Notes: generated by a model from the sequence alone, not told the origin. 64,000 nt of DNA from Mobula hypostoma (GCF_963921235.1 NC_086097.1:201254001-201318000); one strand, 5' to 3'; numbered from the stretch's first letter, positions 1-13,460 are shown. Made by a program: numbers and translations.

Positions 1-562
1 AGACTGAGGTCCTTTAACATCTGCCAGACGATGCTGAGGATATTCTACAAGTCTGTGGTGGCCAGTGCTATCATGTTTGCTGTTGTGTGCTGGGGCTGCA
101 GGCTGAGGGCAGCAGACACCAACAGAATCAATAAACTCATTCGTAAGGCCAGTGATGTCGTGGGGATGGAAAAAGACTCTCTCACGGTGGTGTCTGAAAA
201 GAGGATGCTGTCTAAGTTGCATGCCATCTTGGACAATGTCTCCCATCCACTACATAATGTACTGGGTGGGCACAGGAGTACATTCAGCCAGAGACTCATT
301 CCACAGAGATGCAACACAGAGCGTCATAGGAAGTCATTCCTGCCTGTGGCCATCAAATTTTACAACTCCTCCCTTGGAGGGTCAGACACCCTGAGCCAAT
401 AGACTGGTCTTGGACATATTTCATAATTTACTGGCATAATTTACATTTACTATTTAACTATTTATGGTTTCATTACTATTTATTATTTATGGTGCAACTG
501 TAATGAAAACCAATTTCCCCCGGGATCAATAAAGTATGACTATGACTATGACTATGACTATG
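1..562 (+). mobile_element. Rex1/Babar-clade LINE, 3' end (ORF2 C-terminus, 3' UTR, microsatellite tail)
   Basis: ORF 31-402 (FYKSVVASAIMFAVVCWG...HPLH...RKSFLPVAIKFYN) is the typical C-terminus of Rex1/Babar/L2-type ORF2; followed by AATAAA and (TATGAC)n. Confidence 0.8.
535..562 (+). repeat. (TATGAC)n tail
   Basis: Four full TATGAC units plus TATG directly after caataaag. Confidence 0.95.
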
Positions 563-2830
563 TCTAACTGCTGGTACAGAACATAGTAAAAATGAGATGA
601 CGTTTTCCACGACCATGGTGCTACATGAAACAATACAAAAACTACACTGAACTATGTAAGAAAAAACACAAAAACTACACTAGACTACAGACCTATCCAG
701 AACTGCATTAAGTGCACAAAACAGTGCAGGCACTACAATAAATAATAATAAATAATAAACAAGACAGTAGGCACATTAGAGGGTATAGTAGGTTGGTATC
801 AAGCCAGGCTCTGGGTATTGAGGAGTGTGATGGCTTGGGGGAAGAAACTGTTACATAGTCTGATCGTGAGAGCCAAATGCTTCGGTGTCTTTTTCCAGAT
901 GGCAGGAGGGAGAAGAGTTAATATGAGGGGTGCGTGGGGTCCTTCATAATGCTGTTTGCTTTGCGGATGCAGCGTATGGTGTAAATGTCTGTGATGGTGG
1001 GAAGAGAGACCCCAATGATCTTCTCAGCTGACCTCACTATCCGCTGCAGGGTCTTGCGATCCAAGATGGTGCCATTTCCCAACCAGGCAGTGATGCAGCT
1101 GCTCAGGATGCTCTCAATACAACCTCTGTAGAATGTGGTGAGGATGGGGGGGTGGGAGATGGACTTTCCTCAGCCTTCGCAGAAAGTAGAGACGCTGCTG
1201 GGCTTCCTTTGCTATGGAGCTGGTGTTGAGGGACCAGGTGAGATTCTCTGCCAGGTGAACACCAAGAAATTTGGTGCTCTTAACGATCTCTACGGAGGAG
1301 TCGTCGATAATCAGCAGAGAGTGGGCGCTCCGTGTCCTCCTGAAGTCAACAACCAGCTCCTTTGTTTTGTTCACATTCAGAGACAGGTTGTTGGCTCTGC
1401 ACCAGTCCGTTAGCCACTACACCTCCTCTCTGTATGCTGACTCATCATTCTTGCTGATGAGACCCACCATCTGGGGGGCCCCCGTGCTCAGTATGATGGT
1501 GCTGGAGATGCTGCTACCAATTCGGACCGACTGAGGTCTCCCAGTCAGGAAGTCTAGGATCCAGTTGCAGAAGGAGGTATTCAGGCCCAGTAGGCTCAAC
1601 TTTCCCATCAGCTTCTAAGGAATGATTGTGTTGAATGCTGAACTGAAGTCTATGAACAGCATTCAAAAGTACGTGTCCATTTTGTCCAGGTGGGTTAAGG
1701 CCAGGTGGAGGGTGACGACAATGGCATCGTCTGTTGAATGGTTGGGACTGTACGCGAACTGCAGGGGGTCCAGTGAGGGGGGCAGCAGGGTCTTAATGTG
1801 CCTCATGACGAGCCTCTCGAAACACTTCATGATGATGGCTGTGAGTGTGACGGGACGGTAGTCGTTGAGGCAGGACACTGAAGACTTCTTCGGCATGGGG
1901 ACGATGGTGGCGGCCTTGTAGCATGTAGGAATGATGGCGCTGCTCAGCGAGATGTTGAAGATGTCAGTGAGAATATCTGCTAGCTGGTCTGCACATCCTC
2001 TAAGCACTCTGCCAGGAGTATTGTCTGGTCCAGCAGCTTTCCATGGGTTGACCCTACACAGGGTTCTCCTCACATCGGCCATGGTAAGACATAGCACCTG
2101 GTCATTTGGAGGAGGGGTGGTCTTCCTCACAGCCACGTCATTATCCACCTCAAACCGAGCGTAGAAGTTGTTCAGCGCATCTAGGAGGGAGGCATCACCG
2201 GCACAGTCAGGTGATGTTGTCCTGTAGTTGGTGATGTCCTGAATGCCCTTCCACATGCACCGTGTGTCTCTGCTGTCCTGGAAGTGGCTGTGGATTCACT
2301 GGGCATGTGCACACTTTGCCTGTCTGATGGCCCAGGACAGTTTAGCCCTCACTGTTGTTAGGGCTGCCTTGTCGCCTGCTCTGAAGGCGGAGTCACGGGT
2401 CTTCAGCAGCGCACGTGCCTCCGCTGTCATCCATGGCTTCTGGTTAGTGCGTGTCGTGATGGTCTTGGCCACAGTGACGTCATCGATGCACTTGCTGATG
2501 TAGCTAGTCACTGATGCCGTGTACTCCTCTAAGTTGGTAGAGTCACCATCAGTTGCAGCCTCCCAGAGCATGTGTCTGTCAGTGTGCTCAAAGCAGTCTT
2601 GGAGAGCAGAGATGGCTCCTGCTGGCCAGGTTTTCACCTGCTTCTGAACTGGTCTGGAGCGCCTGACGGGCGGTCTGTATGCTGGGATTAGCATAACAGA
2701 GATGTGGTCTGAGTAACTGAGGTGGGGGCCGGGCTCCGCCCGGTACGCATTGGGAATGTTTGTGTAAACAAGGTCCAGCGCGTTCTCCCCTCTCGTTGCA
2801 AAGTCCACGTTCTGAAGGAATCTGGGGAGC
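563..2830 (-). mobile_element. Rex1/Babar-clade LINE, 5'-truncated, disrupted ORF2 (end of endonuclease plus RT)
   Basis: ORFs 2296-2808 ([13 protein letters not shown]...SDH), 1663-2256 (KAAGPD, LNDYRPV, LQFAY..N.STDDAI), 1417-1608 (GAPQ), 1114-1374 (KTKELVVDFRR, KFLGVHL). Confidence 0.85.
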
Positions 2831-2834
2831 TATC

Positions 2835-4060
2835 GTCCAGTAGCACTTACATCACTGTGATGAAGTATTTTTAGCGGATGGTGATGAAACATATCAAAAC
2901 CTGCCTGAGAAGTGACTTGGATCCACTCTAATATGTCTACCAGTACAACAGGTCAACAGCAGAAGCCATTTTATTGGCTCTTCACTCAACCACGGAACAT
3001 CTGGACAGTAAAGATGCGTATATCAAGATGATCTTTATCAATAACAACTCAGCATTCAATACCATCATCCTCTCAAAACTGATCAATAGCCTTCAAGACC
3101 TTTGCCTCAATATTTCCTTGTGCAATTCGATACTCGATTTCCTCACTTGCAGGCCCCAGTCAGTTCAGATTGACAACAATACCTCCTCTACAATCTCCAT
3201 CAGCATGGATGCGCCTTAAGACTCTGTGCTTAGCCCCCTGCTCTACTCGCTTTACACTTATGATTGTGTGGCAAGCACAACTCCAATGCCATATTTAAGT
3301 TTCTGTATGGTGCACAATAACAACTTGTCACTCAGTGTCAACAAGATCAAAGAGCTGATTACCGACATCAGTAGGAGGAAACCAGATGTCCATGAGCCTG
3401 TCCTCATCAGGTGATCAGAGACAGAGAGGGTAAGCAACTTTAAATTCCAGAGGACTTGTCCTGGGCCCAGAATGTATGTGTAATTACAAAGAAAATACTC
3501 CAGTGCCTCTACTTCCTTAGAAGTTTGCAAAGATTTGGCACGATATCTAAAACTTTGACAAACTTCTATAGATGTGTGATGGAGAGTATATTGCCTGGCT
3601 GCATCACAGCCTGGTATGGAAACATCAATTCCCTTGAACAGAAAATTCTATAAACAGCAGTGGATATGGCCCAGTCCATCACTGAAAAACCCCTCCCGCC
3701 ACTGAGTACATTTATATGGAGCGCTGTTGCAGGAAATCAACATTCATAATCAGGGATCTCCACCACCCGAGTCACGTTCTCTTCTCACTGCTGCCATCAG
3801 CAGAAAGGTACAGGAGCCTCAGGACAAACATCACAAGAGGCAGGAACAGTTATCACCTCTCAGCCATCCAGCTCTTGAACCAGTAGGGCAACGTCACGTG
3901 CCTATCACTGATCTGATCCGACAACCTATGGATCCACATTCAGGGACTCTTTATCTCATATTTTCCATCTTTATTGCTGATTTATTTATTACTATCATTT
4001 CATTTTTTTCTTTTGTATATGCAAGGTTTGCTGTCTTTTGCACATTGTTTGTTCGTCTGC
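2835..4060 (+). mobile_element. Degenerate Rex1/Babar LINE fragment
   Basis: ORF pieces 2974-3219 (SAFNTI), 3226-3414 (LSPLLYSLYTYDC), 3456-3653 (FYRCVMESILPGCITAWYG). Confidence 0.75.
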
Positions 4061-4065
4061 CCTGC

Positions 4066-4275
4066 TGTATGTGGCCACAGACTACGGAGGAAGTTAAGTC
4101 CATGCGTATATTTAAGGTGGAAGTTGATCATTTCCTGATCTGTCAGGGCATTTAAAGATATGGCAAGAAGGCAGGTGTATGGGGGTTGAGTGCGATCTGG
4201 GATCAGCCATGATGAAATGGTGGAGCAGACTCGATGGGCTGAATGGCCTAGTTCTGCTCTTTGTCTTATGGTCTA
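4066..4275 (+). mobile_element. CR1 LINE 3' terminal fragment
   Basis: FKVEVDHFL-like end of ORF2, then gatcagccatgatgaaatggtggagcagactcgatgggctgaatggcct...cttatggtct; same 3' UTR as CR1 copies at 17970-18047 and 43060-43140. Confidence 0.75.
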
Positions 4276-4850
4276 ATAAGATCATACATGATTTGACAGT
4301 ATCTTTAACTCTGGCTAAACAGTCACCATCTGGCTTATCAAATATCTATCTAACTCTTGCATTAAAAAAAGTTCAAAGACTCTTCTTTCACGTTCCCCCC
4401 CCCGAAGAAAGTCTCTTTACTCTCCAAAATAATTGCTTCATTTTACATGAATGACACCTTATTCTTAAACAGTCACCTGTAACTCTAGATTCTTGTGACA
4501 GGAAGCATTCTCTCCACATTCACTCTGTCAAGACACACAGAATTTCAAGTATTTCCAGTCAAAAGTTCTTTCATTATTTTCAATCTTTATTGCATACTGG
4601 AGGTTGTCTAATTTGATCCTATAGTTCACCTTTCTCATTCCAGCTATAAGGCTGGGTACTTTCTGTGGACTTTTCCATCGTATGAATATCTATACGTCAT
4701 AAGGAGACCAATATTAAACAGAATACTCCAGACATGGTTTCATCAGTGCCCTATATAACTGAAGCGTAAGCTCCATTTTCTTGTAGTAAATTAGAAATAG
4801 CTTTCCTAACTCTTGCAGTATTGTCATTTCAGTCTTTTGTCAATTATGTA
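4276..4850 (-). mobile_element. Highly decayed CR1 fragment
   Basis: Antisense CR1-like words (aggagaccaatattaaacagaatactccagacatggtttcatcagtgccctatataactg) resembling 13990-14060. Confidence 0.5.
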
Positions 4851-4854
4851 GAAC

Positions 4855-5085
4855 ACCAAGTAAAATCAAACTGCTGGGGGAGCTCGTTGAGTCGGCAGCA
4901 CTTATGGAGGAAAGTATACATTCGACGTTTTGAGTCGAGCTTAATTCCAAATGAAGGGTCTCAACTCAAAACATCAGCTGTCTATTTTCCACCATAAATG
5001 CTGCCTTACCTACTGATTCCTCCAACTTTCTGAAGAAAGATGCTTTCGTCAGATTTTATCATTTGCAGTATCTTGTGTCTCCAAG
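4855..5085. mobile_element. Miniature fold-back remnant of Penelope pseudo-LTR
   Basis: Left arm ctgctggggagctcgttgagtcggcagcacttatggagg is an imperfect inverted match to ccaccataaatgctgccttacctactgattcctccaac; both resemble the termini of the element at 31331-34806. Confidence 0.6.
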
Positions 5086-7976
5086 TAGGATATCAACATC
5101 CCTCTAGATCTCAGAATTCTCACTATTCAAGTACTATATTTTTTACTTTTCATGCCAATATGGACAACTGAATACTTCCAGAGATTTAATCCATTTGTTA
5201 CATGCTTGACGATCAATTAGTTAGGCTGTACATTTCCTGGTCTTTTTCTTTATACACACCAGCTTTGTGTATGTTACTTTCACAGCGTCTTATTACATTT
5301 CTCATCAGTTTATTCTCATATTCTATTTACCAATGGTTCAATCTGCAGTCATTGTTTCTTGGATGAACAATAAGTGTATCTTGAAAATAAAAACTAAAAG
5401 TGCATTTGATGATATTAAAACTGATGGAAGAAGTATCATATCTCAGAAGTAAAAGGAAGCTAACATAAACAAGAGCAGGCAAACAATGTTGCAAGCTCCA
5501 TAACAACACATAGCAAAATGTTTATATGATACTGACAAAATAACAATCTACGAAAATGATGTGGGGAATATATGAAATGAGCATATTGAGGTTATATTAG
5601 AATAAAATAAATAAAAGGACATTGGAATATTTTCATTCACCTTTACAGAGAGTGAAGGAATTCTTCAAAGCCTATGAATAATAAGGTAACCATATCTATT
5701 AATAAGATAATGGTTCCTGAGAAAGCACTAAGGAATATCCAGAACTGAAATAAAGTATTAAGTAATATTTGGGATACTCAAAACAAATCAACAGTGATTG
5801 ATTGCCATAACTAGACTGGACACTTGGCAGCAACCCTTCTATATTTGTAGAAGTTCTACAGAAGGAGCAGCAGCTTATATGGAGTGAAATATTTGCAAGA
5901 TGTACTTTGCATCAAACACTGCATGTCTTTCCAAAAATGTGCAGTACTTCAATGGTTTTAATGGCTAGAAGAATTGTGCACTTGTGACTGGGTTGCTATA
6001 CATATACTGAGTCACTGATTTATATCCTTGATAAGCTCTATTATCTTAAGTTTTGCATTCAGTTCACTAATCTACAATCCATGTGTGATGTGATAAGATT
6101 CCAAGCCTTGGATGTTTAAAACCATTACCTTTGTTCCTGATTTATCTTATCAGACAAATGAAATGAAAGCAATATTATCAGGACAAGATATATTCTGCTA
6201 TAGCAGAAAATTTATTTTATGGTCTTTAATAACAGCATTTATCAGTGAGAACAACAAATATTTCACAAAAGTAGTAAAAATTTTCTTAAGTAAAATGTGC
6301 ATTGATCAAACTAAATACTGGGGTTATGAAGCTGAAGTTCATCATTGATGATCATGCATGGATACATTCGTATTGATCCTAAAGTACATACTGAGGTTAT
6401 ACGACATCCAAGTGCACTGAAATCATTCTGTGCCTAAATGTTTGCTTGCACATTTGGCTGTAATGAAGATCTGCTGTTCCTATAGATTAATCATGGTCTT
6501 CTTCAGCCACAAGTTTGGGCAATAATTCAAAATCCTTTAATTATTACTATATTCAGAAGCCACTACACTCAGTGACTGGCTGAAGATGAAGTTAAGTATT
6601 TATTGTTGAAGCTATATGATAACATGTTGATGTTTTCTGTTTCCACTCAAATTCTGCAACCTGATGCCTTTTTATTGGTAATTTGGTTTTTCTCTAAATT
6701 ACGCTCCATGTTAATGTAGACAATAATTTTTGAGAAAATGGAAGAGGCAGCAATGACATAACACAGTTATAATTTATCTAAACAACACACACAAAATGCT
6801 GAAGGAACTCAGCAGGCCAGGCATCTATGGAAAAGAGTAAACAGTCAATGTTTCGGGCAGAGACCCTTCAACAGAGCGAGAAAAAAAAGATGAGAAGTCA
6901 GTGTAAGAAGATGGGGAGAGCAGAGGAAGAAATACAAGGTAGTAAGTGATAGGTGAACTCAGGAGGGGGAGGGGTTAAGTAAAGAGCTAGAAAGTCAATT
7001 GATGAAAGAGATAAAGGGCTGGAGAAGGGGGAATCTGATAGGAGAGGACAAAAGGCAATGGAAGAAAGGGAACGGGGTGGAGCACCAAAAAGAGGTGAAA
7101 GGCAGGTAAAGAGAAAAGGTGAGAAAGGGAAATGGGAATGGGGAATGGTGAAGGGAGGGGGTGCATTACCAGAAGTCAAAAAATTGAAGTTCATGCCATC
7201 AGGTTGGAGGCTACCTGGACAGAATATATGGTGCTGCTCATTCAACCTGAATGTGGCCTCATTGCAGTGGTAGAGGCTTTTGACTGACATGTCTGAATGG
7301 GAATGGGAAGTGGAATTAAAATGGATAGCCTCTGGTAAATCCCCTTCTTCTGGTGGACAGAGCGTAGGTGCTTGGCAAAGTGATCTCCCAATGTATGTCG
7401 GGTCTCACTGGTATACAGAAGACCACACAGGGACCACTGGATACAGTAGATGACCCCAACAGACTCAGAAGTGAAGTATAGCCTCACCTGAATGGACTGT
7501 TTGGGGGCCTGAATGGTAGTGAGGGAGGAGGTGTAGCACTTGTTCCACTTACAAGGATGTGCCAGGAGAGAGATCAGTGGGAAGGAATGAATAGACAAGG
7601 GGGTCGTGTAGGCAATGATACCTGCAGAAAGCAGAAAGTGAAGGGAGGGAAGGAATGATGTGCTTGGTGGTGGGATCCTGTTGGATATGGCAGAAGTTAT
7701 GGAGAATTGTGTGGTGGACATGGAGGCTGGTGGGATGGTAGGTGAGGCAAGAGGAACCCTATCCCTGGTGAGGTGGTGGGAGGATGGGGTAAGGGCAGAC
7801 ATGTGCAAAATGGAAGAGATGGGGTTGAGGGCAACATTGATGGAGGAAAGAGGGCATTTCCTTCATTCTGGAATGAAAAGCCTCAACCTGAGAGCAGATT
7901 CAGTGGAGATGGAGGAATTGAGAGAATGGGATAGCATTTTTACAAATAGCAGAGTGAAAGAGGTATAGTCCAGGTA

Positions 7977-8285
7977 CAGTGGCTATAAAATGTATTAACG
8001 CCCACCCACCCTTCGGAAGTTTTCATGTTTTATTGTTTTACAACATTGAAGGGGGGGGTGGGATGTGAATACTTATGCAATTAATTATTTTGTGTTTTAT
8101 ATTTGTAATTAATTTAGATCACTTTGTAGAGATCTGTTTTCACTTTGACATGAAAGAGTCTTTTATTAGTGTCAAAAAAGCTAAGTTAAATCCGCTGTGA
8201 TTCAATGTTGTAAAACAATAAAACATGAAAATTTCCAAACCAGAGAGGGGGGGTGGGGGGTGGGGAATACTTCATATTGGCACTG
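7977..8285. mobile_element. Non-autonomous Tc1/mariner element with TA target duplication
   Basis: TA-CAGTG...CACTG-TA; internal inverted repeat at about 8016-8050 versus 8201-8235; removing it restores the Penelope sequence tagtccaggtagctgtgagagtcagt (compare 33562-33587). Confidence 0.85.
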
Positions 8286-8836
8286 TAGCTGTGAGAGTCA
8301 GTGGGTTTATAAAAGACATCAGTAGATAAGATGTCTCCAGAGAAATTGACAGAGGTCTCGAAAGAGGGGAGGGAGGAGTCAGAAATGTACCAGGTAAATT
8401 TGAGGGCAGGGTGGAAGTTGGGGGCAAAGTAGATGAAGTCGGTGAGCTCTGTACGGGTGCAGGAAGTAGCACCAATGCATTTGTCAATGTAGCACAGGAA
8501 AAGTTGGGGAGTGATACCAATGTAGGCTTGGAATATAGACTATTCCACATAGCCAACAAAAAGACAGGCACCCCTGGGACCCATGTGAGTGCCCAAGTCT
8601 ACACCTTTTGTTTGAAGAAAGTGTAAGGAGCCGAAGGAGAAATTATTGAGAGTGAGGACCAGTTTCACCACACGAAGGAGAGTGGTAGTGGAAGGTAACT
8701 GGTTGGGTATGGTGTCCAGAAAGAAATGGAGAGCTTTGAGGCCTTCCTCATGGGGGATGGAGGTGTATAGGGACTGGACATCCAGAGTGACGAAAATGAT
8801 TGTGGCCAAGGAACTTGAAATCATTGAAAAGATCAA

Positions 8837-9115
8837 GCCCGTGCTCCCGCACCAGCAGGCACAGGAAGAGCTTCTTCCCCGAGGCTGTGACCCTGCTGAA
8901 CCTCACATCACAGCACTAAGCAGTATTGTACCCATATTGAACCGTCTCAATACTTTTATATTTGTGTGCTGTAGCACTTACTTTTTATTCGCAGTTATTT
9001 TGTAAATAACACTATTCTTTGCATTTCTGGTTAGATGCTAACTGCATTTCATTGGCTTTGTATCTGTACTCGGCACAATGACAATAAAGTTGAATTGAAT
9101 CTAATCTAGTCTAAT
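8837..9115 (+). mobile_element. Rex1/Babar 3' end inserted into the Penelope element
   Basis: SFFP.AV.LLN-type ORF2 end, caataaag and (AATCT)-like tail. Confidence 0.7.
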
Positions 9116-10059
9116 ATGTGAAGTGTCATGGATGTAGCTAGGAAGGGACTGAGCCAGGGGCAATAAAACTGAGTTGAGGTATGTAGATTTAAGTTCAATG
9201 GGGTAGGAACAAGCAAAAACAATGAGCCTACCTTGGCAGGCAGGTTTGTGGATCTTGGGTAGGAGGTAGAAACTGCAGGTGTGTGGTGAGGGAACTATGA
9301 GGTTGGTGGCAGTGGATGGGAGATCTCCAGTTAATAAGGTCAATGATGGGCTGGGAGACAATAGCCTGGTGCTCCTTAGTGGGGTCCTGTTCAGGTGGTA
9401 ATAAAGAGGAGGTGTTTGACAGTTGTCACCTGGCTGTTACTCCGCAACTTCACAGAAATAAATTTTTTTCTTTCTGAATATAGTTTTAGTGCCTTAACAG
9501 ATTTTGAGGCAGACATTAATATGCATCAACTCAGGTATGTGTTCCAGACTTCATCAGTCCTTTGCTCTAAACATGAACCAACCAACTGAATCCCAGAAAC
9601 GAAAGGAACCACCCTTGACTTCAAGGCAATATTTGAATGAGACTGGCATCAAAGTGCACTGGTAGAACAAAAGTTAATAGGCACCTAGAGGAAATCATTC
9701 CAAAGACTGGAAATAAATCTCAGTAGGTTGAACAGTCATAGACAAATTGTGTGTACATCCCTTGCAGTAGTAATTGACCAAAAGATGTGCTGGACTGTGA
9801 AGAGTGAAGGTATCTTGAATAAAGCCCCCTCTTCCTACTTACCCTATCAGCCCTCTTGTAGCCAATCACCACTTCCCATTAGGAGTGAATTGCTGAGTAC
9901 CTTTGGCATGTGAACAATGTGCTGAATATTAAGCATTCTATATAGTGTACAAGGTCTTGCTGAAGTCCTGAGCACACTTATTGTTTCTTATATGTTGGTG
10001 TTTTCTCAGGTGCTCCCTGGTTTTCATGGATGTTTTCTATTACTTCCAACCACTATCTG

Positions 10060-10625
10060 AAATTCATCATTGCCTTCAATGCACCAGCATATCCTTTGGT
10101 CGATTGAAGAAAAAGCTATTGGATGATTAAAAAGCTCAGTCTCTTGGAAAGCAGTTATATATACATATGAGATTTGGACTACTTACAGCAAATATTTGAA
10201 AACTAAAAATATCACAAATGTTGCTTCTGCAGGATCCTCCAATTTCACTAGAAACTCTACTGTATCAACATCAGCATTTTCTCCAACGAGGAGACATCCA
10301 CCTAATTACACTCATCCAGCTCCATTGGACAAGTTACGTCACTTGTATGTCCAACAAAGACTTCTAAGTAATGTTCTGTCATGAGTAATGATTACTGGAT
10401 GTAAAGATAAAAGCGTGTGTGCAAACTCTCTTTGAAACAACGCAACATCCCCCTCTTGAGAATTTGTGGAGGAGCTTCACTTCCATGCATTGTGAGCAGA
10501 TGGAAGTCCTACGTAAGAGGCAGAAGAAGCACAGATTATCAAAATATGCATCCATCCTGTCAGGCATTTCCTGTTGTCTGAGGAGAAGTTTATGAGTTTC
10601 ATGTCAGTTTATTTGTCACATCAAA
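10060..10625 (+). mobile_element. Decayed RTE LINE 3' fragment
   Basis: Remnants similar to the ASAAFGRL / ETWT.YS motifs of the RTE at 31726-32952 (cctttggtcgattg, gagatttggactacttacagc). Confidence 0.5.
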
Positions 10626-12089
10626 ATCCAAACAACTGGAATGAAGGCATCACTCTCAATTACAAGGGATTACTTAAGAAAAAGATAGTGTCAGACCAAG
10701 TTCAAGAGGACAGAGGATGGAGGTAATACACATACTGAGATATATAGTAGGTGAATGTTCTTCCTTTCATCTTTCTTAATTTAACAAAGTAATTTAACAG
10801 TATGTGATTCTGAATCCAGGAATTTAGTACCATACTCTTATTGCTCAATTCTGTGGCAATTTCCAAACTTGTAGCCTTCATTATGTAAGTAGAATTCTAT
10901 CTCCTTTCAGCAAGCTTGGTGACATCCTTCAGGCCCTTCAGTTCCAAGCACAACTGAATGAGAGTTATTAAACTGAAAGAAGTAAGAAACAGTCTGTTGG
11001 AGGAACTCAGTGGATTGAGCAGCAAAGAGGTCATCTTTGCTTGAACACCATATTCTATCTGTCCTCTGTCTTGTACTCAGTTCTGGAATTCACACTGCCC
11101 CATTAAATAAAGGAGACTAAAACTGAGTGTTACTAGCTTGCCCATGTATCTTAATTAATTGGGGAACAGTATGGCAATCTGGTATGTAGGTAAAATGCCA
11201 CTAACCAAAGTGCTGCCGGGTGTTTCCATGCTAACGGTCCCTTCGAACCAAACCTTCATTCAATTCCATCACCCAAGCAGCACCAATATCACAACTAGTA
11301 CTACCACTACCACTAGTTTGTTGGAAAACTAAAATTCACTCCTTCATGAAAGGGAAGACGACATGAAGTAGGCTATGTGAACTGATTCGGAGCAAGAATG
11401 CAAGTGCTGAGCAAGGACATATATGTGCAAAAGTTTGCTTAGGTAACAAATACATTATTTGTTATTTTTATCTAACAGTGAAAAAGAAAGTATACTATCC
11501 TGTTTAAATTGTTAGCTAATACATAGATGTGTCCTATCATATTGGAGTTTGATGCAATTTACTCCTCAATGACATGGAGAACTGAAAATATAATTCAAAT
11601 ATTATACTTGATTTTAGATCTAATTCCATCAGGAAAATTGTTGTTTGTTACAATTGCTAGCAGAGCAAATGGTAGATTTTTTTCTTACAACTGTTTAAAC
11701 AGATATCACTGGCAAAAAAATCCCTTCCATTCACAATCTAGATGATAACCTCTTAATGACTGCTATGTTGTAAAACCATTTAACAGCTTGTGGATAGAAG
11801 AATTTACAAACCAAGCTAATAGCTTCCAACTTAATGAACAGATTGGGGAAAAACAATTTAAAGAAATACTAGATCTCCTATGATGTAGCTGATGGGTAAC
11901 CAAAAAGAAAAGCGTGCAGCTTCAGATGCATACCATGATGCTGGTGCAGTGTAAATGCAACAGCTTTGCTAATGTATTGCAGAAATTTATCACCACTATC
12001 CAGAAATTTAAAACAAAACTCCATTCTGTCAGAATCAAAACAAACTCAAGTACCTGGAAGGGATCTAGGAATTTTGGGTATACTGTACG

Positions 12090-12325
12090 GAAAGGGGAAT
12101 GGGAAATCATCACCGTTGTTTTGGAACAGCTTCTTCTCATCCACCATCAGATTTCTGAATGGACAATAAATATTACCTCACAACTATTGGTCTCTTTTTG
12201 CACTACTTATTTAATTTTTTAGTTAATTCTTATTGTAACTTGTAGCATACGTATTTCACTGCATCGCTGGCACAAAACAATAAATTACACAACATGTATC
12301 AGTGATGATACACCTGATTCTGATA
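12090..12325 (+). mobile_element. Short Rex1/Babar-type 3' end
   Basis: gaacagcttcttctcatccaccatcagatttctgaatgg...cagtgatgatacacctgattctga, the same tail family as 45270-45465 and 53400-53458. Confidence 0.6.
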
Positions 12326-13460
12326 ATAGGTGGAAATGGAAAATACTTAGAAGTAAAATGACAGCAGGTTCAATATTAAGATAAATAATCTAATTCTGTT
12401 GCTGCTGCTTGAAGGGGCAAGAGGGATGATAATAGAACCTAAGTTGAAGAAAACTGAGGAAGTTAAATCTGGATGTCTTTACGCTGGGTTAATGACCAGA
12501 TCATATTGTAATTGGAAACTAAAGATGAGCTAAAAATGGAACATGAATATGGAAATATGAGGCTGTGTCAACATTGCACTTAAAAAGAACCATAAAAAGT
12601 GAAACAGAATTGGGCTTTTCAGCTCCAAGTGCCAGATCAGAATGAACTTTTAATTCAATGCCCCTTTCTTGCACTAACCCACCTATACTTCAATCTATCA
12701 ATGTCTATCTTGAGATTGACAGACTGAGTTATAATTCATAAGATCAGCCAAAATTACCTTCCTTTACCTCTGCTAACAAGGTGCAAAATCAGTTCATCGC
12801 CCGGAGAAGGAAAGATTCAAAGAGGGGAAAGTGGCCACAGCGGTTGACAAAGGAATTCAGAGATAGCATAGCATTAAAAAAGAAGTATAACAGAGCTAAG
12901 GTGAGTGGGAAGACGGATGATTGGGAAATTTTTAAGGAGCAACAGAACTTAACTAAAAAGGCAATACGGGGAGAAAAAATGAGGTATGAACGCAAGCTAA
13001 CTAGGAATATAAAGGAGGATAGCAAAAGTTTTTTTAGGTATGTGAAGAGAAGGAAGATAGTTAAGAACAATGTTGGGCCCTTGAAGAATGAATTGGGAGA
13101 AATTGTTATGGGAAAAAGAGAAATGGCAGACGAATTTAATAAGTACTTTGGATCTGTCTTCCCTTGGGAAGACACAAGCAATCTCCCAGATGTATGGATG
13201 GGCCAAGGACATAGAGTAACAGAAGAACTGAAACAGGTTGACCTTAGGAAGGAAACGGTGATGAGTAGACTGAAGGGACTGAAGGCTAACAAATTCCCAG
13301 GTCCAGATGGTCTGCATCCTAGGGTACTAAAGGAGGTGGCTCTGGAAATTGTGGATGCATTGGTGATCATTTTCCAATGTTCCTCAGATTCAGGATCAGT
13401 TCCTGAGGATTGGCGAATGGCTAATGTTATTCCACTTTTTAAGAAAGGAGGGAGGGAAAA

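Larger units (their letters stand above)
6781..9392 (-). mobile_element. Penelope-like element (RT plus GIY-YIG), decayed, with two nested insertions
   Basis: ORF pieces 9101-9361 (FYLLPKIHK), 8540-8836 (TLDVQSLYTSIP, GTHMGP), 7242-7808 (GVIYCI..SLCGLLYTSET...HLRSV); pLTR-type terminus at 6781-6875. Confidence 0.85.

Noticed and set aside
535..562. Short periodic repeats here and at 41751-41806, 55219-55242 and 56163-56190 as CRISPR-like or telomeric arrays
   Set aside because: No spacers and not TTAGGG; they are LINE tails or simple tandem duplications in vertebrate DNA
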